Of a DNA stretch of 64,000 nt, positions 10,283 to 31,909 are shown piece by piece. Position numbers and translations under genes: made by a program. The DNA is from Bugula neritina (taxonomy: Eukaryota; Animalia; Bryozoa). Position 1 is the stretch's first letter. Every line of letters starts with the position of its first letter. Location: positions 17,447,081-17,511,080 of the forward strand of contig OZ037766.1 in NCBI GenBank assembly GCA_964035545.1, in the 5' to 3' direction. The notes beneath the pieces were generated by a model, which saw nothing but the letters and a program-made list of their open reading frames with translations, did no database searches and was not told the origin of the DNA.

Positions 10283-11477
10283 CACTGAAATAAGCATGTA
10301 TCACTGAAATAAGCATGTATCACTGAGATAAGCATGTATCACTGAGATAAGCATGTATCACTGAGATAAGCATGTATCACTGAAATAAGCATGTATCACT
10401 GAGATAAGCATGTATCACTGAGATAAGCATGTATCACTGAGATAAGCATGTATCACTGATATAAGCATGTATCACTGAGATAAGCATGTATCACTGAGAT
10501 AAGCATGTATCACTGATATAAGCATGTATCACTGAGATAAGTATGTATCACTGAGATAAGCATGTATCACTGAGATAAGCATGTATCACTGAGATAAGCA
10601 TGTATCACTGATATAAGCATGTATCACTGAGATAAGCATGTATCACTGAGATAAGCATGTATCACTGATATAAGCATGTATCACTGAGATAAGCATGTAT
10701 CACTGAGATAAGCATGTATCACTGAGATAAGCATGTATCACTGAGATAAGCATGTATCACTGAGATAAGCATGTATCACTGAGATAAGCATGTATCACTG
10801 AGATAAGCATGTATCACTGAGATAAGCATGTATCACTGATATAAGCATGTATCACTGAGATAAGCATGTATCACTGAGATAAGCATGTATCACTGATATA
10901 AGCATGTATCACTGAGATAAGCATGTATCACTGAGATAAGCATGTATCACTGAGATAAGCATGTATCACTGATATAAGCATGTATCACTGAAATAAGCAT
11001 GTATCACTGAGATAAGCATGTATCACTGAAATAAGCATGTATCACTGAGATAAGCATGTATCACTGAGATAAGTATGTATCACTGAGATAAGCATGTATC
11101 ACTGAAATAAGCATGTATCACTGAGATAAGTATGTATTACTGAGATAAGCATGTATCACTGAAATAAGCATGTATCACTGATATAAGCATGTATCACTGA
11201 GATAAGCATGTATCACTGATATAAGCATGTATCACTGAGATAAGCATGTATCACTGAGATAAGCATGTATCACTGAGATAAGTATGTATTACTGAGATAA
11301 CCATGTATTACTGAGATAAGCATGTATCACTGAAATAAGCATGTATCACTGAGATAAGTATGTATTACTGAGATAAGCATGTATCACTGAGATAAGCATG
11401 TATCACTGAAATAAGCATGTATCACTGAGATAAGTATGTATTACTGAGATAAGCATACACCACTGAGATGAGCATGC
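10283..11477. repeat. 19-bp minisatellite (CACTGAGATAAGCATGTAT), about 62-63 copies
   Basis: Head-to-tail units with single-base variants and no spacers. Confidence 0.97.
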
Positions 11478-13001
11478 ATGCACCAGACTAAGCCTGTACG
11501 GCAAAAACACATTTTGAATCTAATGCAATCCCAGTGGCTAAAACTTTAATATAAATTTGTACTCCTTGGTCAGTACATTAACTGTAGCCTACTACTCGAT
11601 ATATATATTTCTTGTTATTAACACTGGTTGATTAAATTTTTTTCAATAATAATATATGTTATGATTTGCTATTTTTACATAAAAATACAAATATAACAGA
11701 TAAAAAAATTTTAATCCGCATCAGCATTGATTTCTAATATTTGATTTTTTTTCAACAAAATTGTTGCAGCCGTTTCTAGAATTGGGTGATTTCATTTTAC
11801 TGCTTAAAATTTTTAAATGAATCATTATTGAAATTTTTGTTATTATCTAACAGCTTTGCACTGCAAAAGCATTACTTTCTGGTTTACACTCACTGCATTT
11901 CCAAGCTTCCGATTTCAAATGGAGTTTTCATTCGATGATTTATTCATTTTGCGTGGCACAGGAGCTATTATGACTGGATTCGCTTTCTAATACCACCAGT
12001 AGCTGTTACTAAAGATCTCTAACAGGTACTTAAACAATTAACACCTAAAATGTTTCTAAAATAACGATGTATTATATTTTGTTTTTATTATGCACCGCCA
12101 AATTGTAGATCTCTAATATACTAAATTTTTAGAGCCAAAAACAGTTTTTTTCTTTCGCAATGATGTAGAATTGAAGTGAAATCAGCAAGCTTTCATTTGA
12201 TATACTCATTTAGGGTTTTTTAAACTGGAGAAATTCAAACATTGCAAACAAACAAGTTAACTGGTAAAAACTATGCCAGAGTGTCACCACTTTTACACAA
12301 GACTGTATACAAATGTAACTTTACCATGTTGTATTGTGCCTTGCTTTAAGTTGTGTCGTAATTGACAGTGCATTACATAATGTCAAAGCATTGTATCAGT
12401 TTATAGGCTATATACATATATTATAGTGTTACACGGTGTCATAATATAATTTCTTATGATAGCTTGTGGTACATCATGCACTAAAAGTAACTTCTTATGA
12501 GTGTTATTAAAAAGTTAATAGTTGCCATCGCCCATCACTATATAAGAATTCTTGATCGAAAGTTTTCTAAGGGCTATGGACTTTTTCTCTAAATTATGGT
12601 AAAGGAGGAATTATTACTAGATATACCCTTCCTAACATTAACAATGGCCTTTGTTGGTTGTTGGAAATCAACCATGATCTAACTGGTAAACCACACTTGA
12701 CCAAAGCTGATCTCATGAGTGTTACTAACTAGACTTCAATTGACCTGTTATTTTAAATACTATCTAAAAATTTATTTCCTTTTTGGTCTAGATATTGGAG
12801 TTGCCTTGGCTTGTATTAACAACTACTGTGAATACATAAAACTGACAAAAGGAATAATGTATTTTATTCGATTTGGACTAGTATGAATATGGCTGCTAAA
12901 TAGATTTTTTAGAATCTGCTTATAAACCACCTTGGCCCTCACACTTGGCTCTTCAACAAAAAACTAATTTAGTTTGCTTAATCGACTATGTCGTGGTATA
13001 G

Positions 13002-13135
13002 GAAACTTAATAGCTGACACTATGGTAAATTCAACTGGTGTTGATGTGGCTATTATAAACTCTGGAACGCTCAGATCAAACTTTGTACATCCGAAAGGGC
13101 CATTCACCAACAAAAACCTTCTCAAAAGCAACATA
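13002..13135 (+). pseudogene. Orphan 5'-nucleotidase exon
   Basis: After the AG acceptor (13000-13001) reads GNLIADTMVNSTGVDVAIINSGTLRSNFVHPKGPFTNKNLL, the conserved start of the 5'-nucleotidase C-terminal domain; similarity then breaks off and no neighbouring exons were found. Confidence 0.7.
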
Positions 13136-16100
13136 GTGAGCTGGTTACACTTTGTATCCAAATAATTTTGGTTCCTTGATTATTCTGCCAAGACCAGTGT
13201 ATGAGCTAATGAAGTATTAGAATGATGTTTACGTGAGTGAGTGCACTAATGGTGTAGATTCTTTGAAACCTCATATATTAGCATAATGTCGTAATAACTG
13301 AGCTTTCCACGTGTATATAATATATGGTAGTGGCGCGCCAGTAGAAATCTGATGCCAAAAAGAACTTTTGGTTGTATAACCAATGACGTTGCTCGTTACA
13401 TAACTATTTTCCTATCAATGACTCAGTGTTGGCGCCTTTTTATTCAGTGACTGTAAATGATTTTATTACAACATAACATGTAGGTACTTATCTTTCCATA
13501 TCACTATTTTATTTATAAACCACTCCAAACCAAAATTGCAGGTGTTAGTCTTTTTACGTAGAAGATGTGTTTTTAAGAATGTAAAATCAAAGTGCTATAT
13601 TTAATTGTTTGGCTGATAAGCATGGTTAGTGGAATTACTAAATACTTGTTACTTGAAAGCTTTAAAATGATGTTAATAAAATACGAGCTTTAATCCACTT
13701 TGTAACTACAATAAGCTTATTATCTTGCTTATCAACAATTATCAAATATAAAAAGTTCTTGGTGCGTATTTTGTATAATTCTGTTTGTTTTTATAGTACT
13801 ACCAAAGCTTCTTAGAATAAAGATATTTTTAACTATAAATACTCTAATACCAGGATATCTGTGATTAAATAGTTGTTTTTCAGCTTTGCTAAAAATATTT
13901 TTCAGCTTGATTAATCTACCTAATTAGGTATATATTTATAAAAAAAATTCAATTTCCAATTGTACTATTAAAGATAACAATATGAGACCTAATTTTAATC
14001 AGTCTCCAAATTTTAAAGCAAAGAGAGTTTTAAGGCCATCTTGAAGTAGAATAAATCTGTTGATGTGTGTGACTGCCAAACACACAAACCTATTCTTTTC
14101 AGTAGAGCTCTTGAGCTGTTGTAGCATTTTGTTCTCATAACCAAGGAATATGCAAAATCAAAATATCTTAATTATTTTCTATTCTTTGTTTATTTTAGAA
14201 CACAGCTGTTTTGATAGTTAAAACTGTCTCAAATTGTGGTTATTTACCATATCTGGTAATATTTCTGGGTTGTCATGACTACTAACTGCATCAGTTACAT
14301 AAATGTTTATGCATTAGGATTGATCATTTCCTGGTCGAAAATTAGGACAGAGTTGTGACGCAGTTAAGTTTAAGCTCGCCAGGTTATTAATACAATCAAT
14401 GGGATCAAACAATTTGATTGAAGTTTGAATAATATTAAGGTTGCTAATTATGTATGTTATCAAAATGCTTAAAAGTAAAATTGTTACAACTTCAATTTGA
14501 TATGCTTTCACGGCAATTAATGGAAATTTCAAAGCTGGAAGTTTCAGATTTAAAATGTTACCAGACATATAAAGACTTGAAATGAATGTGAAGCTATTTG
14601 TAAGCAGATTTACTTTAAGTATTTTGCAAGACAGCATGAAAGTGTTGCAGGGTCTGTAGTAAGATATAGGTATCTATTACTCCTTAAAAAGGCAATATAA
14701 GGGCGCTGAAAGTGAGCTCTTTTTTTATTAAATAAAATTGTTATTTGTCAGTCACGTTTGGTGAGCCCTATTTGTCAATCTATAAGTTGTTGCACTTGAA
14801 AGGTAATTAATTGGTGTAAAGGTACTAGAATCTAGATATTATAATTACATATATGAATAAGCAACTATATCATATAAATGAATCAGCTGCAGCTAGCAGT
14901 TTACAGTTTTAAGCTTTTTGTTTTGGCAAAAAATTTGTCTAATCTATTAATGCATTTTCTTATAGTTGCTTAGATTTTTATATGCAGCTGTTGATCTAAC
15001 TCAATTTGACAATTTGATGTCAAGCTTTTGGAAGTCTTTATTGTGGAGCTGTAGGAATTTTTTCACAGTATTTTATTTTACCAGTTGGCACCAAACTTTT
15101 GGCCTTTGTCTACATATAATTTACATGCAAGACCCTATGAACTTTATTTTCTTGTGTTTGTAAGTATAACATCATCAGCTTCTTTTCAGAGTTTTTATAA
15201 ACTTTGCTGTTGATTTATTCAACCAAGTGGAAATTATGATAGCGCTTAATTTAGAATGTACAGTTTGTTAATTATCGGGCTTTTTGTGTGGCAAATGTCA
15301 TAAATTGATAAGTAAGATCAATTTTTATTTTTGCGAGCCACTGTCTTTGAAGTTAGTTTAAGTTTTAGGCTTTTAGATATACAATGCTCAGCTTTTTCAT
15401 TATAGTTTCAGTTTGTTGTAGGACTTTGTTTATAGTACCTGCAGGCTGCGTGGGGTTTTCTTGCACAGTTTGAATATCATCTAATGACTTTAGGTAGTAA
15501 ATAGTCAATAAAGGAAGAGAGTTTGACTATTTTATGGCCTTAAGCTTTTCTAGCTTTGGCTATTTTGACACAAATATTTATGGCTGATGCCCAATGAAAC
15601 TCGTTGGTAGTAAAGTTCTGTAAACTGACAATAATTGGTAAAAGTATTTTAGAATGTCAAAAAGTTAAAACTTAATGCGAACTTATATTATAAAAAAGTA
15701 GCTTGTTGATTGCTAAAGATGAGTTCTGGTCATGCATATTACATTATGTAACTATAACTTCACTAATCAGTAAGCATTACTCATTTAACAACAATTTCAA
15801 CTAAAAGCTGTAGAAACACTGCAACTAGTAAAGTTGTTCTAACTTAGTTGTAAGTACAAGATTAACACAGGAATCAGCTTAAAAATCACTTACTAAAATG
15901 CATTGTAATCATACAGATTACCTGTTCCTGATTCGTAGTGATTGATGGCTTCAATTCTCTATGTATGTAAATATACTGTAATTATATAAAATCGTGATTG
16001 TTAGTAAGATTAGCTAGTTGTTATGCCTACATAGTTCTTACTTTTGCTTGATAATAATAATGTTCTAAATTTGCTTAATAATTTGGGATGCTTTCATTTT

Positions 16101-18242
16101 ATGTTGAAATTTGTTTACTCTTTTGATCTGATCATTAGGCCATTTGCTCTGCACCACAGGCATCCTTATCATCTGTGCAGTGAATAAACATGCAGTCAAG
16201 CATAAAAAGTAAATTTAGCAGGGAGGAAACTGACGAAAACTCTTTCACCCTCAAATTTGGCAGCCAAGCATAAACAGATTAGAAATTTGTGCTTCAATTA
16301 ACAGGCCTAACAAAAGTAAAATATTATCAATTGTTTTTGTGAAGAGAAGCTTTCACACATAACATATTATAAGTGTTTCAGGATTTGGTGAAACAACCAT
16401 TCATACTACACCTGCAGAGCCAGTTTTCTGGGTCATCTTGCATTATCCCGTGCTATACATTGATAACCTGCTTCTAGCTCTTTAGCTAACTAAATCCTGT
16501 TGGTTGATTTTATCACAGCTACTCTTTATATTACCATTAACAATGTTTCATTACCTTAGTTATAATTGTTTATGCTCTTTTGCTAGAAAAGAACTTTTTT
16601 CCACTTTCACTAAAATGGCTTAGTCTGCATAATGGTGCCGATAGCTGACAGCATGTACTCACCTTTCACAAACTGCTATCCTACCAAGTTCTTTCTTTGA
16701 CTGGTAATCTATATATGTTGGCTTGAAGAAAGGCGATCACTTGGTTCTTGACATTTCAACAACGACTTTCCAGCTCCCTGTACTACTGCCAAGCCAAAGT
16801 TGCGTGCTGCTGATATTTTCTTTTAATTACTTTTGGTTTGATATTCATGTTATATAACTGCCCTTTGTGGAAAAGGAGTCTTCTCCCCTTCACCCAATGG
16901 TACAGAAGCGGGAGAATTAATGAGCAGTCTATACAATTACTGCTTATTCAGCTTGTAGCAAAATTGCATTTTAAGTTGCAAAACACTTGTATACTAAAAT
17001 AGATCTTTGTAAATATTTGCTTGCAATACACCACTTTTTTAAATGTGCCATGGCATATAATGTAAATGGGGGAAAAATGGTAAAAACATTTTGAAAATTC
17101 AATTTAATTAAGAGTTTATCTTAAAAATAGGGTTAATTTTTTCCAGATTCAACTAGATAGGGAAAAGAGATACAAATTCACATAACTGTACATATCATTC
17201 AATGTGAGAGACCATGCTTCAACTTAGACAATCTAATTTTTTGTGCAACTTAACATACCTGAGAGAGCTAACATCTATAAGTGGTTTAAGGATTATCTAA
17301 GCAATGTGAAAGCAACATTGTACGTCAATAAGTCTTATGAGAATTGCATAGACCTACACAACCTCGCATTGGCTTATAGTTTTATAGTATCTAAAAACCC
17401 AATAAATCATAATTTTCCACATGTTTTAAACAACATTAGCAGTATGGCCAAGACTTAGTGTTAATGCAGTACGAGAGGATATTTGGATCTCATGACATCA
17501 CCTGCTATTTTTCACCCTATAGGATTTATTCAAACTTACAAGCTTAGTTCAACCCTTTCATAGTAGCAGGTTAACATTGCTTTTTACAAGTTGTAGCTGC
17601 ATGTCTCCCTTAACTTAGCATATTAATGTCTAAATAAAACTTAAATGTGGTTTTATATATGTTTTTATTACAAAATAACCTAAAAATGTAAATATCATAA
17701 ATTTTTGCAAAACATAATGATGTAGATGGTCTATTTATTACTATTAATACATTAGCCATTCCTCAGCTGTAAAAAGGTAAGGCTCACTGTAACAGTATAG
17801 CTTGGTCTGTAAGAATGACTGCATGATTGTAATATAACTATGAGTCAGTAAAATAAAAAGAAATATATAGTAAAATATTTAGTATATTGCAAAAATTGAA
17901 ATTGTTTACAGAGAAAACATGTTGGATTTTTAGCCACCCAAAACAAGTATTAGTTTTTTGTTTAAGCAAAACAATATGTGTTTAAATATTTAATTGTCTA
18001 CAAATTAAACAAATCTGTATGTTGCATAGGTTTGCAATTTCCTTGTGCTTTCATTGAAAATTCTCTATCTTTGTAAATTATGTTTAATGTGAGCATAGAA
18101 GCTTGCTATATCTATGTGACATATATAAATATATGCCAACTATTTTGAATATCTATATAATAAACCACCCATAGTAATATGTAAACTAATGTATTTACAC
18201 TGCCTATTTCATTGTCAACTTTTGCGTGCATGCATAACACGA

Positions 18243-25227
<6,985 letters not shown>

Positions 25228-25322
25228 GTCTTAGGTAGCTATACGCCTGACAGCTAGATAGAATAAACTCTCCTATGTGTACAGCTAGCAACTATGGCAT
25301 CAATTCGCTTAAATGAGAATGT

Positions 25323-25381
25323 CTTATATATAAGCTGCAACCAATCAAACGTCGAGCTAACCATGAAACAACCAATCAAAC
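25323..25381 (-). promoter_or_regulatory. Candidate Amt core promoter (TATA plus two CCAAT boxes)
   Basis: TATATAAG about 100 bp upstream of the ATG; two identical AACCAATCAAAC motifs (25339-25350, 25370-25381) 31 bp apart. Confidence 0.5.
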
Positions 25382-28300
25382 AGCTTGTGCATAACCCTTG
25401 ACTCATCTGCACCTCCTATTGCTTGGATGCAAAATGAATATATGAAAAAAGCTCTTATAACATGAATAACTTTACGTCATATATTAAGTGTTTCTATTAA
25501 GGTCACACTTTTTGTGCGTGATACTCGTGCATGATACAGGTGTTTTAACATCTCGATCACCAGAGTATTGTTGCTGGTTGCAGCAGCATGCAGTAGCATA
25601 ATGATCATAAAATCTTTTTAGAAAACGTGCAATTTGATGAGCACAGTGCAACCTTGTACTTATATGAAGCAGATCTAGAAGGCCAACAAGTTTGCTGCTT
25701 ATTGATAATTATCCCTTTTACCTAACTTACATAAATTCAAAATTTTTGCAATTTATTATAAGTAATAGTCTTCAAAAGACAACAAATATGAATGTATAAT
25801 TTAGAATAAATTATTTTTAATACAAGTGCATAACACATCTTAAGTATCAAATAAATAGGTGGGTAAAAAGGTGAAAGCTTACTTTATATGAATGAGTAGG
25901 GAATCTCAATTCACAGCCAACTGAATAACAATGAAATATTATATAACAGTTTGCAACACAGATAACAGTCTATTTTTTCAACTAAAATACCATTATTTAT
26001 AGACTAAAAACATCACTTTTGCATAATATTGTACTAAGTTTTGATGCTAAGACATGGTGCAATTTAGTGTCATAACAGCAATTTCTTTTAGTTAGTAAAA
26101 TTTATAAGACTCATGCATACTTGAAACCTTATTCCAATAAAACCCATTGACAAAGCATGTGCAACAAGACACTGCTGTGGCAAACCTTTGGACTTTTTCT
26201 ATGAAGCATCATGCGCCAATGTCGTGATGAAAATAAAGAACTATAAATTATGATTAAATTTCTAGACTAGTAATGGTGATTGATGAGTTTAGCCTATTAA
26301 AACTGCTACAGACATAAGGTCAACAAAGCAGAAGCTTATGCTATGGTAGTTCACACTCATAGGGAGAATTGCAGTTTAGTACTCAACATATTATTTAGTC
26401 ACTAAAGAAAGAGAAAATAATAGATACATTGCCTGTACCTACCTTTTCTCTTGACTCTCAATAAATTGAATGCTTATAATTATTCCAGATCTAGCCCAGC
26501 AGTGTGAGTTGTCTTTACATAATACCCGGGCTATTTCTAATGAGAAGCTCAGGTTGATCTACTGTTGATGGCTATTTGACTATGATAATGGAAACTTCTA
26601 GTACCTATAAAAAGACATTATTTTCACCAATGGGTCTGATGTTTTGTAAGCTGAATTTTGTTTATATAGAAATAGTATCATAGAGTAAAATGGAAAGGAA
26701 TATGAACCATAATATTTTTATGTTTTAAAGCTACTTAAATTTTATAAGCTCCTGCGAATATGAATTTTGCATCATTTTATAAACTGAGAGAAGTCACAGC
26801 AGTTTCTTATTCATCAACAAAACACTTTGTTAAAACAGTGATTAAGAGCTGGAAATGTATACATATTCATAACATAGAATTTCAACCATATGGATCCTGG
26901 CTGCAACTCACTTTGTACTAAAAACACAGTAAGTAGGTAGATATGTTAAATTCAAAAGAAATAATTTAATAGTTTTGTATTGGGCTGCTACCTTAAGTTT
27001 GCTCTGCATGTACAGGGATTTAGCGGCAACCAGCTAGACCTGCTCATTTGTAGATAGAGCTGAAGATTAGCAAATTGGAGAAAATTTATTATATTATAAT
27101 TATCTGGGTAATGCAACAAAAAATAGTTAGCAGGCAATATAGAATGCAGGTGCGTATGGGTTTTTATGCTCATAAGGATGAGAGACAAGCATACTATTGA
27201 AATCAAATGTGAACAACACCTTTTAGCTTTCTTGTTGCAACTCAATGCTTCAATTATAATTAAAAGTAATTATAGTTTTCAAATGAATATTAAATTGAAT
27301 TTCTCATATTTTGAAAATCTATTGGAAATCTTTTGTATTTTAAAAGGCTTTAAATGTTAACCTCAACGTTTGATTACTTGAAAACCATATAGATGCTCTA
27401 ATCCAATATCACCCATCATACAATTAACCTACATTGTTTTCAATCACTGAAACTGATGTTAATATTGTGAACTTTTTAAAATTTGCTGCTCACACTTTCT
27501 TTTATTTGCTGCTCCCTTTTTCCTTTTATTGTACAAAGACAAATAATGTTATAAATTAGTAACATTTGAGTGTAAATCATTGCTCAAATATTAAACATCT
27601 AAATATTTTATGTATTAGATTATATAGTATTGTAATTTCGTAAGAACTTACCACTAAAAAGTTCTAACACTCCTACACTTTTGAATATATATATAGCTAT
27701 ATTTAGCCCAATTATTGGAAAGCCCAAGTTTTGATAAGATTAACATGTCCACAGCATCAATTAAGATCAATATATCCAATTACCATTTTTTTATTGCCAA
27801 TATAGACTAATAGCTAACAGCATCGATTAGGTAATGATTACATGTGAGAGAATGCTTATTTTGGTGTCAACGTTGTCACAAAAATAGAGTAAAACTCAAA
27901 CTTTGATGAGGCACCAAGAGAGCAGTGAATAGGTTTGCTTGCTACACTAAACCAACACTAGGAAAAGAATGAAATCCCAATGTTGTAAACACCATTACTG
28001 TCTAAATTCTATTGTTCTACAATGATCATAGTTTATTGTACCAGTATATACTATAATTTCAAACTTATAGTAGAGTATACAAGTATGCATACACAATACA
28101 TAAGTTCATACTAGTATACTACAGTTCATTAAGTTTATCCTCATACCACCATCACTATAGGATTAAGATGAATAATTTGGTCAATAATTGCTATGAATCC
28201 CCTTTATGGTATTTAAAACAGACTGTTGAATTGCCAGTTCCAAGTTCTATGGTGTTTGTCCTAAAGTGAATATCTCAATGTGATTATTTGTGCAAAGTGC

Positions 28301-28421
28301 TCGCTTTTGCAGTAAAACAGTAATACAACTTCTCATGACTAGCCAAGCAGGCTAAGTGGAGTAATCTGGATGACCACACATGTTTCCTTGCCAAGGCTAA
28401 TTAACTGTTAAAGATTATTAA

Positions 28422-29190
28422 AGGATTGCTCAATCTTAGTTTATTACAATCACATCATAATTATGAACCACAATTTAATGTGTATGCAAACAATTGTGAC
28501 TTTGCAAAGGGATATGTGCCTAGAAAACAGCTTTTCAAAATTCCAATTTTGAGGGCGGTAAAATTTTCAGCCATGAAAAAGAATAGCCTAATACGTGACG
28601 TGTGAACGCCAGTAACTATGCTGCACGTGCTAACTATAACGCTAGTATTCAAGGTTGCTGAGCACAACATCAACCAATAACGCTCAAGCAGTTACAGTGC
28701 GCTATATAGGTCAGCTTTGGTGTGCCCGTAATATTGCACAATCTGACCTAGTTTAGATCGATCGCAGGCATTCATCCTAAAGAATGCATGTTTTTGCAAT
28801 GCTTTTTTCTAATGTTTACAAGCAAAATATGTCCTAATGTTATCACATACATGTTATTTAAAATGTCAAAAAACTATAGATTGAGATAATTCACATTTGC
28901 ACTTCTATAAATATACAAATTACGAGCTGAAAGATCATATCTCACAGTCATATTTCTATAGTTATTCATTTGTATAGTCACGTGACCAGCAGGAATGCTG
29001 GCGCTGTTACGTCACATTTCCCAGCTCATTTCAAAATCGGTGTTTTGGCTGTTACCAATCTACACCCTCAACTTCAACTAACTTTTTCTACCTTTGGTCA
29101 AATGCTTTTTGTCAATGCATGCTTAGAAAAACACAATATTATGTGTGTTTGACCTAAATGGCCATTTATTAGACAAGATAGAGCAATCCT
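28422..29190. mobile_element. Non-autonomous TTAA-specific DNA transposon, Kolobok-like (copy 1, 769 bp)
   Basis: TTAA on both sides; TIR AGGATTGCTC(A/T)ATCTT starting with AG (Kolobok-type rather than the piggyBac CC); near-identical inverted copy at 39993-40761. Confidence 0.85.
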
Positions 29191-30573
29191 TTAAAGTCAC
29201 TTAGAATATATAGAATTATACGTTATGGCTTATATACTCGTAATAATATAAACACCTTTAATGGTTCAGGTAGATAGAGGGCAGTAATTTAGCAAATATT
29301 CTATGTATCAGCTTTTATTTTGTTACTGCTTACATATCTCATAATAGCACATGGCTAAAAAGAAAACGTGTGACGGAGAAATGTGGCTATTGCCACATAA
29401 TCTTGTCAAGATTTAAACATAATATATCATCTCCTCTTATAACGTGGGTTCTACCAAATAGCAGCCTTCAAAGTGTCATATATAGCTACCTATAGAGGTT
29501 TGCTCATACATATTTCATCCTTTCATTCAATTAATTATACTTTTACCAACAATTTTTTTTCAAATATCATGTGTTGCTAGGTCAACATCTGAATTACTAA
29601 TAAGATTTTACATTGAAAGCTTATTAATTTATATGGCATTGGTCAGGCTAGATATAAGGAATCAAAGTTACAAATAATTATGCATGGTGCCAGAGACACA
29701 AAATGCTTAACTGTATTACTGTCACATGCAATTGCTTTTTGTAAAAAAGAAATAGAATGTTTTTATAGTTAATCAGCCTGATTGAAAATCCTAGATTCTT
29801 TATTAACGTTCTAACTGACCAGTTTCTTTTTAAATTGGGATATTTTTCAAGCATGGCGTCACAGCTGGCATACATAACAGGTGTGTATAAGCTATTTTTA
29901 TCTTCCTGAAGAAAATGTGTTTGATCACTTGACCGTAACATTACCAAGTTACATGTAAAGTTTTAACACAAGCTGCTTACATTTGGCAACGTGTGGATAA
30001 AAACGAAATGTTATTGAAACTTACATCCTGTTGTTTTGTTGGGAAACTTTTGAGAACTCAAATGCTCCGTTAAATTTAGCAAAATTAATATTAATATTTT
30101 GACTATTGTAGGTGTTTTTTTTCTGGAGGCAATGGAATCTAAAACCTAATAAACAATATTTAAGTTATAATTTAGTTTTGTTCAAAAAACAGAGCAAATA
30201 ATATAACAAATAATTAAAAATTATAAATAACTAATGCATGATTAGAGTGTGTTGTAATTCTATTAAGGTTATGACAGGTTTTTAATTTTATTTACCATAC
30301 TGATACTATTAAACTAATATCAGACTAAACCTGTATCTTGGCAAACACACCTTTCAGTTGTGGCTGGAATCTTTAAGTTTTTAGCAGTACACTTTGCGAT
30401 AGGGGTATAGTTTAATGAATTCAATTCAACGTTTCGAGAGCATCATATATAAAATGGAATTAAGACATGATTTTCACCATGTACAATAATACTCATCATA
30501 CAGCCTTTTGCTTGAATTCTTAGCATAATATTATTTTGTAGATATAATTGCATGTGACAGCAATCGCACTCAA

Positions 30574-30666
30574 AGACACACACATAGACACACACAAACA
30601 CACACAGACACACGCACGCACGCTTGTACGCACACACACACACGCACACACGCGCACACACACACA

Positions 30667-30734
<68 letters not shown>
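30574..30734. repeat. (CA)n microsatellite, compound
   Basis: CA run with CG/GA interruptions. Confidence 0.95.
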
Positions 30735-30735
<1 letters not shown>

Positions 30736-31084
30736 GGGTTAAATGATATAACATATCCTTTAACTCTTTGTGCCTTTCTGCAATGGGCATTTAGTGCGGT
30801 ATAATATTATTATACAGTGCTAAATGCCCATTGCAATGCTGTATTAGTAATTGTCTACTTTATTTCAGGTTACTGGGAAAACTGTACAAAATTCACGAGT
30901 ATCGAAATTCGTGTGATAATAAATTCAAATTGATTATTGTTGCATTAAACTTTCAGCCTAGCACCGGATTGATTTTTAAAACCTTCTAGTTGTTTTTTAA
31001 AAATGCAACTAATGTGATTTTTTTTCAATGCAGACTTTCCACGTTCAAGGTGTAAAGCACACCTTTCATTTTGGCTACAACTTA

Positions 31085-31780
31085 AACTATTACTCTCAAG
31101 TATCACTATTACTATTAGTATTAGTATTACTATTAGTATTAGTATTACTATTACCTATTACTATTAGTATTAGTATTAGTATTACTATTAGATTTACTTT
31201 TAGTATTAGTATTACTCTAAGTCTTAGTCTATGACTTAGTCATAGAGTAATACTTATACTATAGTCATTAACTATAGTATAAGTATTAATATTACTATTA
31301 GTATTACTATTACTATTACTATTACTATTACTATTACTATTACTATTACTATTACTATTACTATTAGTATTAGTATTGGTATTAGTAAATGTAATACACT
31401 CACTTTTACTTTTACTTTTAGTCAAATTTTACTTTTAGTTATCAGATTCAATGAGAATATCATCATCATTGTGATAATCATTTACAGTTACTATAACTAT
31501 AAGTATAACTATAAGTATAAGCATTACTATTAGTATTAATATTGCTACTACTACTATTACTATTATTAGTATTAGTATTAGTTAGTATTAGTATTACTAT
31601 TAATATTAGTATAATATTACTATTAGTATTAGTATAAGTATTGCTTATTAGTATTAGTATTACTATTGACTTTTACTGTTGTAATTGCCCTTTGGCTTTA
31701 GTAATACTAATACTAATTCACTAATACTAATAGTAATTGTATTACTATTAGTATTACTACTAGTACTACTAATACTATGT

Positions 31781-31834
<54 letters not shown>

Positions 31835-31873
31835 CAATACTACTACTACTACTACTACTACTAGTACTACTAG

Positions 31874-31909
<36 letters not shown>

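Noticed and set aside
10283-11477. CRISPR-like array
   Set aside because: Units are contiguous with no unique spacers, there are no cas genes, and the context is eukaryotic.
12640-12830. Possible further 5'-nucleotidase N-domain remnants (GNH-like, PWL-like)
   Set aside because: Matches need arbitrary indels and are too short to distinguish from chance.
13900-16950. Possible decayed minus-strand coding sequence of a transposon
   Set aside because: Strand-biased composition suggests it, but I could not recover any convincing motif; needs tBLASTx.
28461-29152. Duplicated short ORFs (MMLCSATL..., MYSHVTSR...) also at about 40 kb
   Set aside because: They reflect two copies of a non-coding Kolobok-like element; no protein motifs.
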